Below are positions 1 through 12,859 of a DNA stretch of 64,000 bases, one piece after another (positions within the stretch are counted from its first letter, which is position 1; each line of letters begins with the position of its first letter). Both the position numbers and the translations under genes were made by a program. Below the pieces are notes generated by a model, which was given only the letters and a program-made list of their open reading frames with translations, did no database searches and was not told where the DNA came from. Source of the stretch: Tubiluchus corallicola (Eukaryota > Animalia > Priapulida); contig JAQGDQ010000433.1 of the NCBI GenBank assembly GCA_030141605.1, forward strand, positions 124,001 to 188,000, read 5' to 3'.

Positions 1-343
1 GAAAAGCTAAAATTCACAATTGGGGGGGGGGGGGGGACGACTGAGATATAATCGAAATAGCCGTCCATTACATTTTTAAGTTTTTTTAAAGAAAGAGTGA
101 ATAGTACTAACATGTAAATATTGATAACATTATTTATTATTTTTTCATGGTACGCTAATTGTATCTATACTAAAATTATATATATTTGTTATTTGTTATA
201 TGTGTTTTTTGGTTCTATAGCTATAATGTAATAGCTCTGTTTTGTACTTTTGTATTTTGTTGTTGTTTTGTTGTATGTGGGTCATTGTAGTGTAATGTAT
301 ATGCCAATAATAAATTCTTTTATAAAAATACTATTAGGCCTAC

Positions 344-539
344 CTCTATAATTTGGAAAGAGGAACTCATCATAGCTATTAGCATGTTTATTAGTACAAT
401 GATAGATGCAGCGTGGAATGTTATAAACAGGGCTTCCCCAACGCTCTCTGTAAACAAGTGGTTCTCCTTTAGGTCTGTGTCCATCCTATTAGTTATTCCA
501 AACAGAGACCAGAAGAGAGTGGTAAACGTTCCGCCAAGA
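344..539 (-). CDS. TRPC: TRPC channel, coding exon 4 (pore helix and S6); gene continues left of the window
   Basis: Manual translation: (T)LGGTFTTLFWSLFGITNRMDTDLKENHLFTESVGEALFITFHAASIIVLINMLIAMMSSSFQIIE, containing the TRPC LFW pore motif and S6 NMLIAMM. Acceptor ttttcag, donor GAG|gtaggc; 196 bp, phase 2 to 0, matching the previous exon. Confidence 0.93.
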
Positions 540-810
540 CTGAAAATTGCAAATTGTAAAACAACGTTTATTTTATACGGAAATCAGTTACCCAGTTACT
601 GCAACTACAGTTATATTTACAAACTGAAATTGGAAGCGTTGCTGAGATTCCAGCAATGTCAACTTTATTAGGTTACGTTATTGAAATGTACGACGCGTAA
701 CTTAACTAGATTATGGCGTATGCCTTCGCACGACAGGGACAGTGCATGTATGTACAGATTGCTGAGAATTAAAGGGTGTGACAAATAAAGAAACGAGATA
801 GAGAAAGAGT

Positions 811-955
<145 letters not shown>

Positions 956-1217
956 CCAGAAAGACGCAAGAACAAGAACAGGGCATATTTATAAGCATAG
1001 TTATGGAGGCAGAGCTTCACTAACACTCCCTATAATCACATGATTTTTTGAGAACAGTTAGCGCTCCCCAAAGACTGATAATGGCCAGTTAACAGGAAAG
1101 GAAGAACGTACGTGCATGCGTGCGTGTGTGCGTGTGCGTGAGAGCTTCTAACGGAAAGGCTGTGTGAAAGAAAAATGAAGCAAAAACGGCAGATCACTTC
1201 AATGAGAACCTACTTAC

Positions 1218-1710
1218 GTGGTAAAAGCAGTTCTGCTTTGTGTACAAACTGTGGATCCCTTGTGATTGACTCGACACGTTTCCGGCTCTTTGGATTCATA
1301 ATACCAATAAAGTTGATTGAGACCACAAGCAAAAGACGTCAACACCAAGAAAAATATGAACATAAACTTGGCTATATCCACTAGCATACAACCTAGAGAA
1401 ATCTGTAATGGTCCTAGATGAGGGTTTGCTTGAAACAGGTAGATGATTCTTGCAAAACTAAAGACATTCGCTATGGCAAACACACCTTCTGCTATCAGAG
1501 TTGGGTCATTCTGTGGCCAGTCCAGTCTATCGGCCACTCTTTGACCGTACTGTTGAGGTTTGTATTCAAACTGACACCACGCCACCATGCGGAGAGAAAA
1601 CGTGCACAGGTAGAGCGATAGCATTATGAAGTCCAACCAGTTCCAACTTTGCCTGCAGTAACCTTTTAATCCTTCATCCCAAATTTGTTTGCATTCAGCC
1701 CACACCATTC
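1218..1710 (-). CDS. TRPC: TRPC channel, coding exon 3 (end of S2 to S5)
   Basis: ORF 1214..1708 contains WAECKQIWDEG, WNWLDF, DPTLIAEGVFAIANVFS, PHLGPLQISLGCMLVDIAKF and FACGLNQLYWYY, all classical TRPC motifs. Acceptor tttttacag, donor AC|gtaagt; 493 bp, phase 1 to 2. Confidence 0.95.
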
Positions 1711-2087
1711 CTGTAAAAAGGAAATTAAAAGAATATCTTTTCCACTTCCAAATTATGCATCTGATATTGATTACACAGACTCAACGTTCTTCAAACCCTG
1801 CCCCAGCTCTACATAAATGATTAAGAATATATAAATTCGTGTAATGTAATGCATGTTATATTAATTATGTAATGTCAAATGTATATATAATGTCAATGTA
1901 ATGAGTATAAAATTTATGTAATGTAAAGCGAGTTTTGTTAATTATGTTATGTCAAATATATACAGTGTAAATGCCGCGTAAAATTTAATGTACTTTTGTA
2001 ATATCGTTTCGTAATAACGTGTTTGTATTTTAATATCGTGTTTGTAAATATGTGCATATTTTGTAAATAAGTAGACCTTTGTTTTGC

Positions 2088-2444
<357 letters not shown>

Positions 2445-2783
2445 TGTTGTAGTTTATTGTCCATAAAATTAATATTTACAACCTTTAGCAGGGATAGCAG
2501 AATTGAAACATTTCAAAGTCCAAAATTTTCTACTTTTCAGAAAACAGCAACATTATACAAAGATTAAAAATGTTCACAATAACAAATTTTTGTTTAGTGT
2601 CAGTGAAAAAATATGGCAATGTCTGAGCTGAGATGACAGAAATTTACAGAATTGTAACATTTAGTTTAAACACAATTTATTACAGGATTGGATCAGACAG
2701 TTTGAACAACATGATTTAGGATCCTCACCACAACAGTCTATACACACTATTTAGAAAAACGTTTACAGTAAGAATAGACGATA

Positions 2784-3263
2784 CAGTGGACTCTCGTTAC
2801 AAGAATCACACGTATAAGAATCAGCTCGATATAAGAATCAAAATCGCGTTTCCCGAATTGATTTGGCATTTTCCTAGTGAAAATCCGCTCGTATAAGAAT
2901 CACCCTTCTTTCGATAGTAGAATCAATTTTGGCGCCAACTCCATTGTCTCTCACGCCCTGCTTACAAGGTTCTGCGCAAAAAAAATTATGTGCATTAAAA
3001 AATTTTTAAGGCAATTCTGGCATCATGAAATATTTACCCAACCATGAAATGAAAACATTAGTCTAGTAATTTTTAGGTCCTTTTTAGGCCAGAAAAACAC
3101 TATGCTGTTTCATGTCGTTTCTAGCGTAATTTCGGGAAATAAATAATTTTTATGTGCATAAAATTTTTTAAAGCAATTCTGTGTCATGCTCGTTATAAGA
3201 ATCGCTTGTTATAAGAATCACTTTGCCTTCTCCCGAGGTGATTCTTATAGCGAGAGTCCACTG
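2784..3263. mobile_element. Tc1/mariner-pogo type MITE (480 bp)
   Basis: TIRs CAGTGGACTCTCGTTACAAGAATCAC and GTGATTCTTATAGCGAGAGTCCACTG, TA on both flanks (2782-2783, 3264-3265), and repeated subterminal TATAAGAATC motifs. Confidence 0.85.
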
Positions 3264-3885
3264 TAACTACATAAGCTGTCAAGTTTTACTACAAGAATAC
3301 ATTAGACATTAGTACAAAATGACAGTTAGAAAATATTAATGTACAAATACTTAAGACTGACGCAATTTCATATCAGATAGAAACTACTGGAAGCGTTTAG
3401 TCCGTAATATAAAGTCATGTATGGAATATTTTACAGTTAACAACATAATTAAATTCATCTTTTCAACTTCAACAGATCATTAGAACCTAAGGCAGCTATA
3501 TTAAGGTTTTCAAGCAGCAGTATTTCATTTAATTTATCAAACACAACAACCCTAGTTTGTTGATACATGGGGCAGTGCAACAAAAAGTGTTCAACAGACT
3601 CAAATCGAAATCCACAGTTACAATTCGGCAATATTGGATGAAGTATCTGTATTGTAACACTTGATTATGGTACTTGCAAGAATTAGTGTGTTTTCTTATT
3701 CATAAGATTTTAAAATAATAAAACAGATCTAAAATACATATAAGTGTAATAATTCTGTTGGCTGGTTTTTCTGCTGAACTGTAACTGGCAAAATTTTCTT
3801 GATTCATCAAAATTCCGCAAATTTTGTGACCTTGTACAACTAATTTAAAGACGATATTTTTTGTGGAAGTCATTCCACATATTAC

Positions 3886-4231
3886 CTGTGACGTAAAACA
3901 GGATTAACCATTCGACCAGCGAAGGAGGGGGACCTCGCATCTTTTCCCTGTTACCGTCGAAATCTTGCACTTTCGTTGACGCAAACACCAACAGCACCAA
4001 AAACCCGAAGAACGAAGCACTGTGATTGAGGAACTTCATAAACGGACTGCGCAGGATGTTTCCCAGTCTGGATTTTGGAAGGAGAAGGTAGACGAATGCC
4101 GTCAGAGGCAGGCACATGAAGACAAGGATGCAAACGATCACTTTGGTAACCCAGTGGTAGCGCCTCCATCCTGGTAGACCTTCATACCATATTGTAGATA
4201 AGAGTTGTTGACTGTGAGGGTGCGCCACAAA
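3886..4231 (-). CDS. TRPC: TRPC channel, coding exon 2 (pre-S1, S1, start of S2)
   Basis: Encodes FVAHPHSQQLLSTIWYEGLPGWRR...PFMKFLNHSASF...RGPPPSLVEWLILFYVT. Acceptor aattacag, donor ACAG|gtaat; 346 bp, phase 0 to 1. Confidence 0.95.
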
Positions 4232-4315
4232 CTGTAATTGCACAAAAAAACTTCATTTAAACTTCTACTTAGTGTCGTGGATAATTTATGAGTGTGTAGT
4301 TAATAAAAATTTACT

Positions 4316-4477
<162 letters not shown>

Positions 4478-4933
4478 TTATTTCGTACTATTACATTCAG
4501 ATACAGCATATATATATATATATATTCATATACACAAAATATAACAAGGAAAAGTTAGTATAAGCACACAAAAAAGAAAGAAATTAGTATGCATGATCGT
4601 ACATAAAAGTATCATTAATTTTCACTTATCCTTCACAGGTAATCTTGTAAACACACATTAAAATCATTAATAACTAATTTTTTAACATTCATGTTACCAA
4701 ACCTTAAAGATAAGACATACTTTCTTCTCGAGTGACAATGACTATCGTTAATTAAATACATCGTTAAATGAATATTAATGATGCTCGAGTTTTGAAATTC
4801 CCTTTAAAAAGTAATTTTCTCAATCAGTTAGAACATTTGCAGGCATCGTACCACAGTAATTCCTTAAAAGTCAGTCCGTTACTTAGAGTTGTTAAACAGT
4901 TGAATTACAGGAATTCTCATTTGTTTAGTAAGT

Positions 4934-5482
4934 ATTATTGCATTGTATTGTATTATATTGTATTGTATTGTATTGTATTGTATTGTATTGTATTGTATTG
5001 TATTGTATTGTATTGTATTGTATTGTATTGTATTGTATTGTATTGTATTGTATTGTATTGTATTGTATTGTATTGTATTGTATTGTATTGTATTGTATTG
5101 TATTGTATTGTATTGTATTGTATTGTATTGTATTGTATTGTATTGTATTGTATTGTATTGTATTGTATTGTATTGTATTGTATTGTATTGTATTGTATTG
5201 TATTGTATTGTATTGTATTGTATTGTATTGTATTGTATTGTATTGTATTGTATTGTATTGTATTGTATTGTATTGTATTGTATTGTATTGTATTGTATTG
5301 TATTGTATTGTATTGTATTGTATTGTATTGTATTGTATTTTTATTGTATTGCATTGCATTGCATTGCATTGCATTGCATTGCATTGCATTGCATTGCATT
5401 GCATTGCATTGCATTGCATTGTATTGTATTGTATTGCATTGTATTGTAATGCACTGCATTGCATAGCATTGTATTGCATTGT
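4934..5482. repeat. (TATTG)n grading into (CATTG)n pentanucleotide array
   Basis: Visible directly; explains the YCIVL/QYNTI ORFs. Confidence 0.98.
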
Positions 5483-5891
5483 ATGTTACACTGTAAATTT
5501 TTTTATGTCAATATTTAGTGGCTCCTTGTGACCCTGCGAGGGACATCTGAGAGTTTGTGATTTTAACGATCCTGTTAAATCGTAAACCCGTGTCGTTCTA
5601 ATGTTTAAAGTGAGGTCGTTACATGTTAGTATACAGTAACGAGACCAATAAAATCAATGAAACCAGAGCACTGAACGTGGAAGCGGATTTGTACCAGGAA
5701 GCCACCGCATGGCACGATTCGTAATTCCCTTGTGGATAATAAGAAACACGCGTTGATGGGCATTAGACAAAGTGTTGGTAATTACACTTGAGGTCGCTGG
5801 TTCCATAGAAGGATGTTCCGTAATGGCTTCGAGTGCTTCGTATGTAATGTAATGTTATGCAAAATTTATTCATAGCGCACTACATCATTTA

Positions 5892-6360
5892 AAGCAAAAC
5901 TGGACCCAATGTTAAACTGTAAGTCAAAGCAATCTACTTTTTAAAATATTGAAAGAAAACATGCTATTTTTTTCAAAAATGACTTACGTGAAAGAATTAT
6001 TAACACACAAATGGAATTTCACGTTCACGCCACAAGTTCTTAGTTGTTACATGCATCTCATCATTCGTTAGTTAGACGGGCACTAGCGCCTGCATTTTGG
6101 TAACGCATTGCACAAAAAAGTTGCTGTACCTCTCAGTTCAGATGTGTTCGTTTGTGACGAACTACACACGTTCGACAGCTTATGCGCGAGCACAGCGGTA
6201 AATTTGAAATTTGAATTTTTATCTTAAAACTTGCTTGGTTTTAGTTCAACACACTAAATATCTTACAATATCACTGTACTTCAAACACGTGCAACACGCT
6301 CGTGGAATGTTTTTGCTGTTGAAAATTATGTTAATTTGTGATTCCATCAACAGTTGGGCT
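5892..6360 (+). mobile_element. Kolobok-like non-autonomous element, family K1, 3'-truncated
   Basis: Begins TTAA|AGCAAAACTGGACCCAATG, is collinear with the full copy at 12860..13468, and breaks off at an AAGCC-family MITE fragment. Confidence 0.65.
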
Positions 6361-6367
6361 CCCAACA

Positions 6368-6560
6368 AACCTTTTCACAGTTCTAGCGATTGATGATGAT
6401 CGTGAAAAGGCTAAAGGTTAAGTGTACCAGACAATACAATTGTGTGTACTTGACAACGCCTCGCAGCCCATGCGATTGTAATAGTAACAATTTTAACAGC
6501 TAGCTAGAAGCTTACCTAGTTCATTTTTTTCCTATTCCCAAACAAGATTCTGCACAAAGA
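6368..6560. mobile_element. Partial copy of the AAGCCTTTTCACAG-TIR MITE family
   Basis: Matches the left part of 23492..23897 (CCTTTTCACAGTTC...GATGATCGTGAAAAGG...AAAGGTTAAGT). Confidence 0.6.
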
Positions 6561-6671
6561 TTGTTTAAAAGATGCTGTTGTTGACATTTTGATTAGAACT
6601 AAATGTGACTACGACTTGTTTTGAACAGGCGTACGTGTAAAGTAAGTTCACTTCTTGTTGGTTACTTTGGT

Positions 6672-7200
6672 TAAGGACAAGAAAAGAGGTAGCTGAAGTA
6701 GGTTTTAGAAAAATCGCCTTAAAAATTATATTTACAGCAATTTTGTGCGTATATCGTACTTGCGTTGAAAGGATTTTTTGTTTGTTTCCGTTTTAAATTC
6801 TGTTCTGACACTGTTCTGACCGCGTCATTACATGACGTCATATACGCACAACGTAGATCATGGGGAGAGAAGGAAATGCTAAACTATGTCCCAAAAAGTT
6901 TTTAATACAAAGTTACAGTACTTAGTATTTCACTTATCAACTTGAAAGACTTAGGTAACTAGAAAAGAATATTATTAATTATTTAAAATGTTTTCACCAA
7001 ATGGTAAATGTCGTGTAAATCTCACTAACCAAAACGCATTTCTAATCTTATTGACAAAATACATTAATTTAAAATTTTACTTAGTTAGTGACGTGTGCGC
7101 TACGAATGCTCTGATTATTTTTCCAAACTTTACACAATGTTATCTAAACTTGTTTCAAATGACTTATCGTCAAAATAGAAGTTTAAATTTACAAATTTGA
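6672..7200 (+). mobile_element. Kolobok-like family K3 fragment (AGGACAAGAAAAG end)
   Basis: Collinear with 15622..16080 and starts next to TTAA; the right boundary is approximate. Confidence 0.5.
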
Positions 7201-7750
7201 TACAGCGTTACTGCCGACGCAAGCCCTGTTGCAAAATGCAGTATGTAAGTGGTATAAAATTTCGACGATTTTTTAGTTTTATGTAAATGGAAGGATTTCT
7301 TGTGATTTAAGTCGACATCCCATTAGGGACATCTGCTGGTAAATATTGTAACTTTTTCTGCACACACCCCATTGAGAAGAAATGTCTCTTTCTTAAACAT
7401 ACAATCAACGGCTCGTATCGTCGGCATTCAACTGACCTTCATAGTGAGACGAAGCCGTCATTCTGTCTTTCAGTCTTACTAATAACACTCCTGACATTTG
7501 GAATAGGATAAAGTTGCTGACGTTTGAAATGATATCAATGTAATTGGAAGAAGCTTCGTTATGAAAACTCTTTTGCTAAATTAAGATAAACTCAGTAATA
7601 ATGTGGACAGTAGTGGCTGGACATTTTAAATTTGCGTGCAGAAATGATGGAATTAACATAGGCTGTTTTTAAGATGCGTGATGACGGTGCTACAGTTACT
7701 ACTAGGCAAGTACAGCCTTAGAAGGCATATGATCATTTATTTTCTTTGTA

Positions 7751-8958
7751 TATTGTATTGTATTGTATTGTATTGTATTGTATTGTATTGTACTGTACTG
7801 TACTGTACTGTACTGTACTGTACTGTACTGTACTGTACTGTACTGTACTGTACTGTACTGTACTGTACTGTACTGTACTGAACTGTACTGTACTGTACTG
7901 TACTGTACTGTACTGTACTGTACTGTACTGTACTGTACTGTACTGTACTGTACTGTACTGTACTGTACTGTACTGTACTGTACTGTACTGTACTGTACTG
8001 TACTGTACTGTACTGTACTGTACTGTACTGTACTGTACTGTACTGTACTGTACTGTACTGTACTGTACTGTACTGTACTGTACTGTACTGTACTGTACTG
8101 TACTGTACTGTACTGTACTGTACTGTACTGTACTGTACTGTACTGTACTGTACTGTACTGTACTGTACTGTACTGTACTGTACTGTACTGTACTGTACTG
8201 TACTGTACTGTACTGGGTTGTACTGTACTGTACTGTACTGTACTGTACTGTACTGTACTGTGTTGTACTGTACTGTACTGTACTGTACTGTACTGTACTG
8301 TACTGTACTGTACTGTACTGTACTGTACTGTACTGTACTGTACTGTACTGTACTGTACTGTACTGTACTGTACTGTACTGTACTGTACTGTACTGTACTG
8401 TACTGTACTGTACTGTACTGTACTGTACTGTACTGTACTGTACTGTATTGTATTGTATAGTATTGTATTGTATTGTATTGTATTGTATTGTATTGTATTG
8501 TACTGTATTGTACTGACTCTTCTGTACTGTACTGTACTGTACTGTACTGTACTGTACTGTACTGTACTGTACTGTACTGTACTGTACTGTACTGTACTGT
8601 ACTGTACTGTACTGTACTGTACTGTACTGTACTGTACTGTACTGTACTGTACTGTACTGTACTGTGGTGTACTGTACTGTGGTGTACTGTACTGTACTGT
8701 ACTGTACTGTACTGCACTGCACTGTACTGTACTGTACTGTACTGTACTGTACTGTACTGTACTGTACTGCACTGCACTGTACTGTACTGTACTGTACTGT
8801 ACTGTACTGTACTGTACTGTACTGTACTGTACTGTACTGTACTGTACTGTACTGTACTGTACTGTACTGTACTGTACTGTACTGTACTGTACTGTACTGT
8901 ACTGTACTGTACTGTACTGTACTGTACTGTACTGTACTGTACTGTACTGTACTGTACT
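7751..8958. repeat. 1.2 kb (TACTG)n / (TATTG)n pentanucleotide array
   Basis: Visible directly; explains the QYSTV/YCTVL ORFs. Confidence 0.98.
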
Positions 8959-10560
8959 ACCTTCTCTTCTGGCTTCACACAGAGGAGTTAACCCGGCCTC
9001 TGGTATCTAGAGCCCTCTTCTCTAGATGCACTTGGGCAAATCTTGTCTGGCGCGTCCTAGTCGCGGGGGTGGATGCTGCGGGAGCAGTAACTAAGTTCAG
9101 GCAAGGACCCAGTGGCGCGGGGTATAGCGCGCCCCCCTTGGTCAGGGATACGACTGAAGTCCTCAACGGTTTGACAGGCGGACGAGGAATCTTCCACTCC
9201 CAACGGCTGTTAAAGCGGATGAAGGCACCCAAGCACAAGGGCAGCAGCTTGTGTGGATGATGGTTCATGGCGTGCAAGGCTGGCAACTCGTCTTCTGGCA
9301 TGGCATGGCTCATCGAGAAGCTAGCAGTTCATTTTGCCGATTCGGCCTGTTTTTCTGGTTGTCTTCACTGCGGTGCAACATATTATGAGTGCGGCCGTCG
9401 TGGCTCTTCATGCCGCCGATCTACACTGTATCTGCCAAGTGGAGGTGGACTTTGCGCGGCCATCTCTTCTCGCGCGCAAGCGTCTCAGTGCTAATTCTTT
9501 CTCCATGATGAAAATGGCCAGCTTAGTGATCCTGTAGAATACAACAGCGGTGTGAAACAAGGCTGCAAGTTAGCTCCATCTCTTTTCGGACTTTTCGCTG
9601 CAGTCCTTTTGCAGGTAGCCTTCGGCAGACTTGGCTCGACGAAGAGCATTCATGTTCGATTCAGATATGATGGAGACTTTTTGACCTACGTCGACTCAGG
9701 GCAAGGGCGAAGACACGAATGATGTTCCTGCGTGAAGCGCAATATGCCGATGACATAGCTATCTTCTCTGACAACCCGGAAGACCTTCAGGATCTCATCG
9801 ACATTTACAATGAAACTGCAAAGAGAATGGGACTGCGCATTAACAAAAGGAAGACTGAGACAATGAGTGTCGGCTCTAGCGGCAGTGTCAATTTTACCAT
9901 TGACGGAGAACAGCTTGGAAGTGTGCAACGGTTCAAATATCTCGGAAGTTACATCTGCTCAGATGCTCGATTGGATACTGAGCTTCATGCAAGAATTAAT
10001 GCTGCAGCCAGCTCTTTCGGCCGTATGAGGAAACGTGTCTTCGATAACCATGACCTCACCATCGCCACTAAACTGCAGGTGTACAAGCAATGCATCATTC
10101 CGCAGCTTACCTATGGTCAGGAAACGTGGACGCTCTATCAAGATCAGGTCAGGTCTCTTCGTGCGGTTCAGCAGAGACATCTGCGTCACATCCTTCGTAT
10201 TCGCTGGGACGACTATGTGCCAAACGAAGACGTGCTGGCTCGTGCCAAGATGGAAGATATCGAGGTTACGCTTACTAAGGCTCAACTTCGGTGGTTTGGG
10301 CATGTGGTCAGAATGAACGATAAGAGACCGACAAAGGCCCTTCTCCATGGAGAACTAACCAGTGGCTCTCGCAGTGTTGGTCGTCCTCTCCTTCGCTTCA
10401 AGGACAAGGTGAAGTTCTCTCTGAGGAAAGGTGGAATGTTGGACAAGTTGCCTTTCGCAGTTCACGACCGTCCTGCATGGAGATCCCTAGTCAACAACTG
10501 TGCCGAAAAACTCGATGAAGAAAGACGGATGCTTCTTAACTACAAGACGGCAAGAAAGAC
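8959..10560 (+). mobile_element. RTE-clade non-LTR retrotransposon, internally deleted and 3'-disrupted
   Basis: A GC-rich leader (8959..~9500) is followed by RT motifs ENGQLSDPVEYNSGVKQGCKLAPSLF, FRYDG-LFDLRRL (one-base frameshift near 9678), QYADD, FKYLGS, LTYGQETWT, QLRWFGHVVRM and GRPLLRFKD. No endonuclease or N-terminal RT coding sequence is present. Confidence 0.9.
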
Positions 10561-10606
10561 GGCAGCAATGCGTCTTAACTACAACCGTCACGTGACATGT
10601 GTGTAA
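9503..10606 (+). pseudogene. Reverse transcriptase (RTE) C-terminal half, frameshifted
   Basis: ORF 9719..10606 plus the upstream frame 9503..9680; the YADD catalytic motif is retained. Confidence 0.88.
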
Positions 10607-10823
10607 AAACAAAGTCTTGTGCCGCATCAGTTCGGCATAACTTCAGTTGTTTTACGTGGACTTTAGCTAATTATGCATTAGCCTGTGAGTAGAATGATTT
10701 ACTAGCAGAATCTTGCTTGGGAGCAAGAAAAAATGAGCTAGGTAAAATTCTAGCTAGCTGTTAAAACTGTTACTATTACAACAGCATGAGCTGTGTGGCG
10801 TTGTTAAGGCTGTGAAAAGGCTT
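10562..10823. mobile_element. AAGCC-TIR MITE family, copy lacking one end and fused to the RTE
   Basis: CGTCTTAACTACAACCGTCACGTGACATGTG is also found in the copy at 11200..11565; this copy ends CTGTGAAAAGGCTT|AT. Confidence 0.7.
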
Positions 10824-11199
10824 ATTGCACAAGCTCTGACTCATATTATAAATTAAAATAGCTTTTATTAGTAGGTAGTAAAACCATTTTCAATATTTCT
10901 AATATCTACATTTGACACTGCGCTACAATGAATGGCTTCACAAGTTCATACGCGTCGTACGTTACGCACCGGATACGAGTGAGTGCTCTCGGTCGCATGC
11001 GTAGAGTGAACCGGCATTTGGTGATACCGCTTAATAAACGATACGTATTGGGGACTGCCTCCAGCTTAACGGAAGTAAATTAGCAGGAGACGAAAGCAAA
11101 CACTAGCAGCCTGATAAGAGGCAGTTAACACCACAGCGAAACCCTGTTGTAATAACCATCTATTCTACAAAGGATGTAATCAACCTAGAGCCTGTAAAT

Positions 11200-11565
11200 A
11201 AGCCTTTTCATAGTTTCGTTGTGCGCAGGCGCAGATGCTGTAGGTCAAGGTTAAGTGTAACATAGCAAATCGTCTTAACTACAACCGTCACGTGACATGT
11301 GGGTAACCCAAAGCATTAGTTCAGTAATTTCATTTGTTTTGTGTGAAATTTACTTAATTATGCATTAGCCTGTGCGCAGAGTGATTTACTAGCAGGATCT
11401 TGCTTGGGAATAAGAAAAAATGAACTAGTTAAGGTTCTAGCTAGTTGTTAAAACTGTTACTATTAGAATAGCTTGGGCTACGAGGTGCTGTCAAGTGTAC
11501 ACAAATGCGTTGTCTGGTGCACTTAACTACGATCATCATCAATTGCTGGAACTGTGAAAAAGCTT
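11200..11565. mobile_element. AAGCC-TIR MITE family, near-complete copy (PIF/Harbinger-ISL2EU-like, superfamily uncertain)
   Basis: Ends AAGCCTTTTCATAGTT and AACTGTGAAAAAGCTT; internal homology to 23492..23897 in the opposite orientation. Confidence 0.7.
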
Positions 11566-11869
11566 AGTAAATAAAAATTTATTGCACGACAGCATGGTAG
11601 ATAGGGTAGCAACTTCGTCACGAACCAAAATCAGGGGTCGACAACCAATGGTCAGGGAAACCTGCGCGTTCCCTGAAATTCAGATGTTTTATGAGGGTTT
11701 TTCAGTAACCACGAGTAGTACAAATTTCTTGATTTAAAGTCTTTATAAAAGTCCGTGCAGTACGTCAATTTTTGGAGTTCCTTGCCAGTTCCAATACGTT
11801 TTCATATTCTTCGAGCTTTTGGAGATAGTTTTAAGCGATGAGCACGTTAATAACTTTATGGTACGTTAA

Positions 11870-12358
11870 AAGAAGACAGGATGATTTTTCATATACTATC
11901 CCATTCTCAGGTCCGATAAAAAGTATACATTTTAACACAATTAATACAGCAAAAGCGTTTCTGATAATTGAATAATGGATTAAAAACTTAATTAACGGCG
12001 GGCGAACCCAACTATTGATGGCATCACAAACTAACATATAATTTTCAACATCAAAAATATTCTACGAGCGTGTTGCACGTGTTTGCGAAAGCAAAAATTG
12101 AAGTACAGTGTTACTGTAAGATATTCAGTGTGATGTACTCAAACTAGACAAGTTTTGAAATAATAATTCAAATTTAAATTTACCGCCGTACTCAAGCATG
12201 AGCTGTCGAACCTGTGTAGTTTGTCACAAACTAACACATCTGAACTGAACGCGAACGTGAAATTGTAAAATTCTTTCACGTAAGTCATTTTTGAGAAAAT
12301 AGTATGCTTCCTTTCAATATTTGAAAGAGTAGATTATTTTGACCTACAGTTTAAGATT
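11870..12358 (-). mobile_element. Kolobok-like K1 copy with internal deletion
   Basis: Reverse complement of K1 (AGAAGACAGGATGATTTTTCATATA...TACAGTTTAAGATT), preceded by TTAA. Confidence 0.65.
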
Positions 12359-12859
12359 TAAAGGACAAGTCACTTACCATGTTCCCTTTATTTTACTGTT
12401 ATAACTTAAACTTGAAACATATAACAAAGAAATTTGCAAAAAACTGCCTATAAAGCGTAAATTTAAAATAAACTCCCTCTGAATAGACATTTTCAGGCGT
12501 GGTGGTGGTGGCCACCATTAACTTAAAATTATGACGTAATTGGTGAATTTCGTGACTTTCGTAAACGCGTCGTGGCTTTCCGTAAACGAGTGCTGCTTAA
12601 ACTATTTCAAACTTTGGCAGTTTACCAAATACGTATGCAAAAATATGACAAAATTGGCTATCCCCGTCTCTATTTTCCCCCAATTTTTGCTACAACGGCA
12701 AGTGCAACACAAGTGATCTTCTGCTTTAGCTTTAATTTTACCTAAGAAAAGTGGTTTCTTGTCGTTTAAAAGAAAAATTGACCACTTTGTAAGTGTAAAT
12801 ACAATTGTAAGAAGGTAAACGGCATTGACTGGAAGTAGAAAGTGAACTAACACGTTTAA

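Noticed and set aside
11100-11155. Hammerhead-like string CTGATAAGAGG...GCGAAACCCTG
   Set aside because: The core is CTGATAA, not CTGANGA, stem II does not pair convincingly, and there is no UH cleavage triplet with a stem I.
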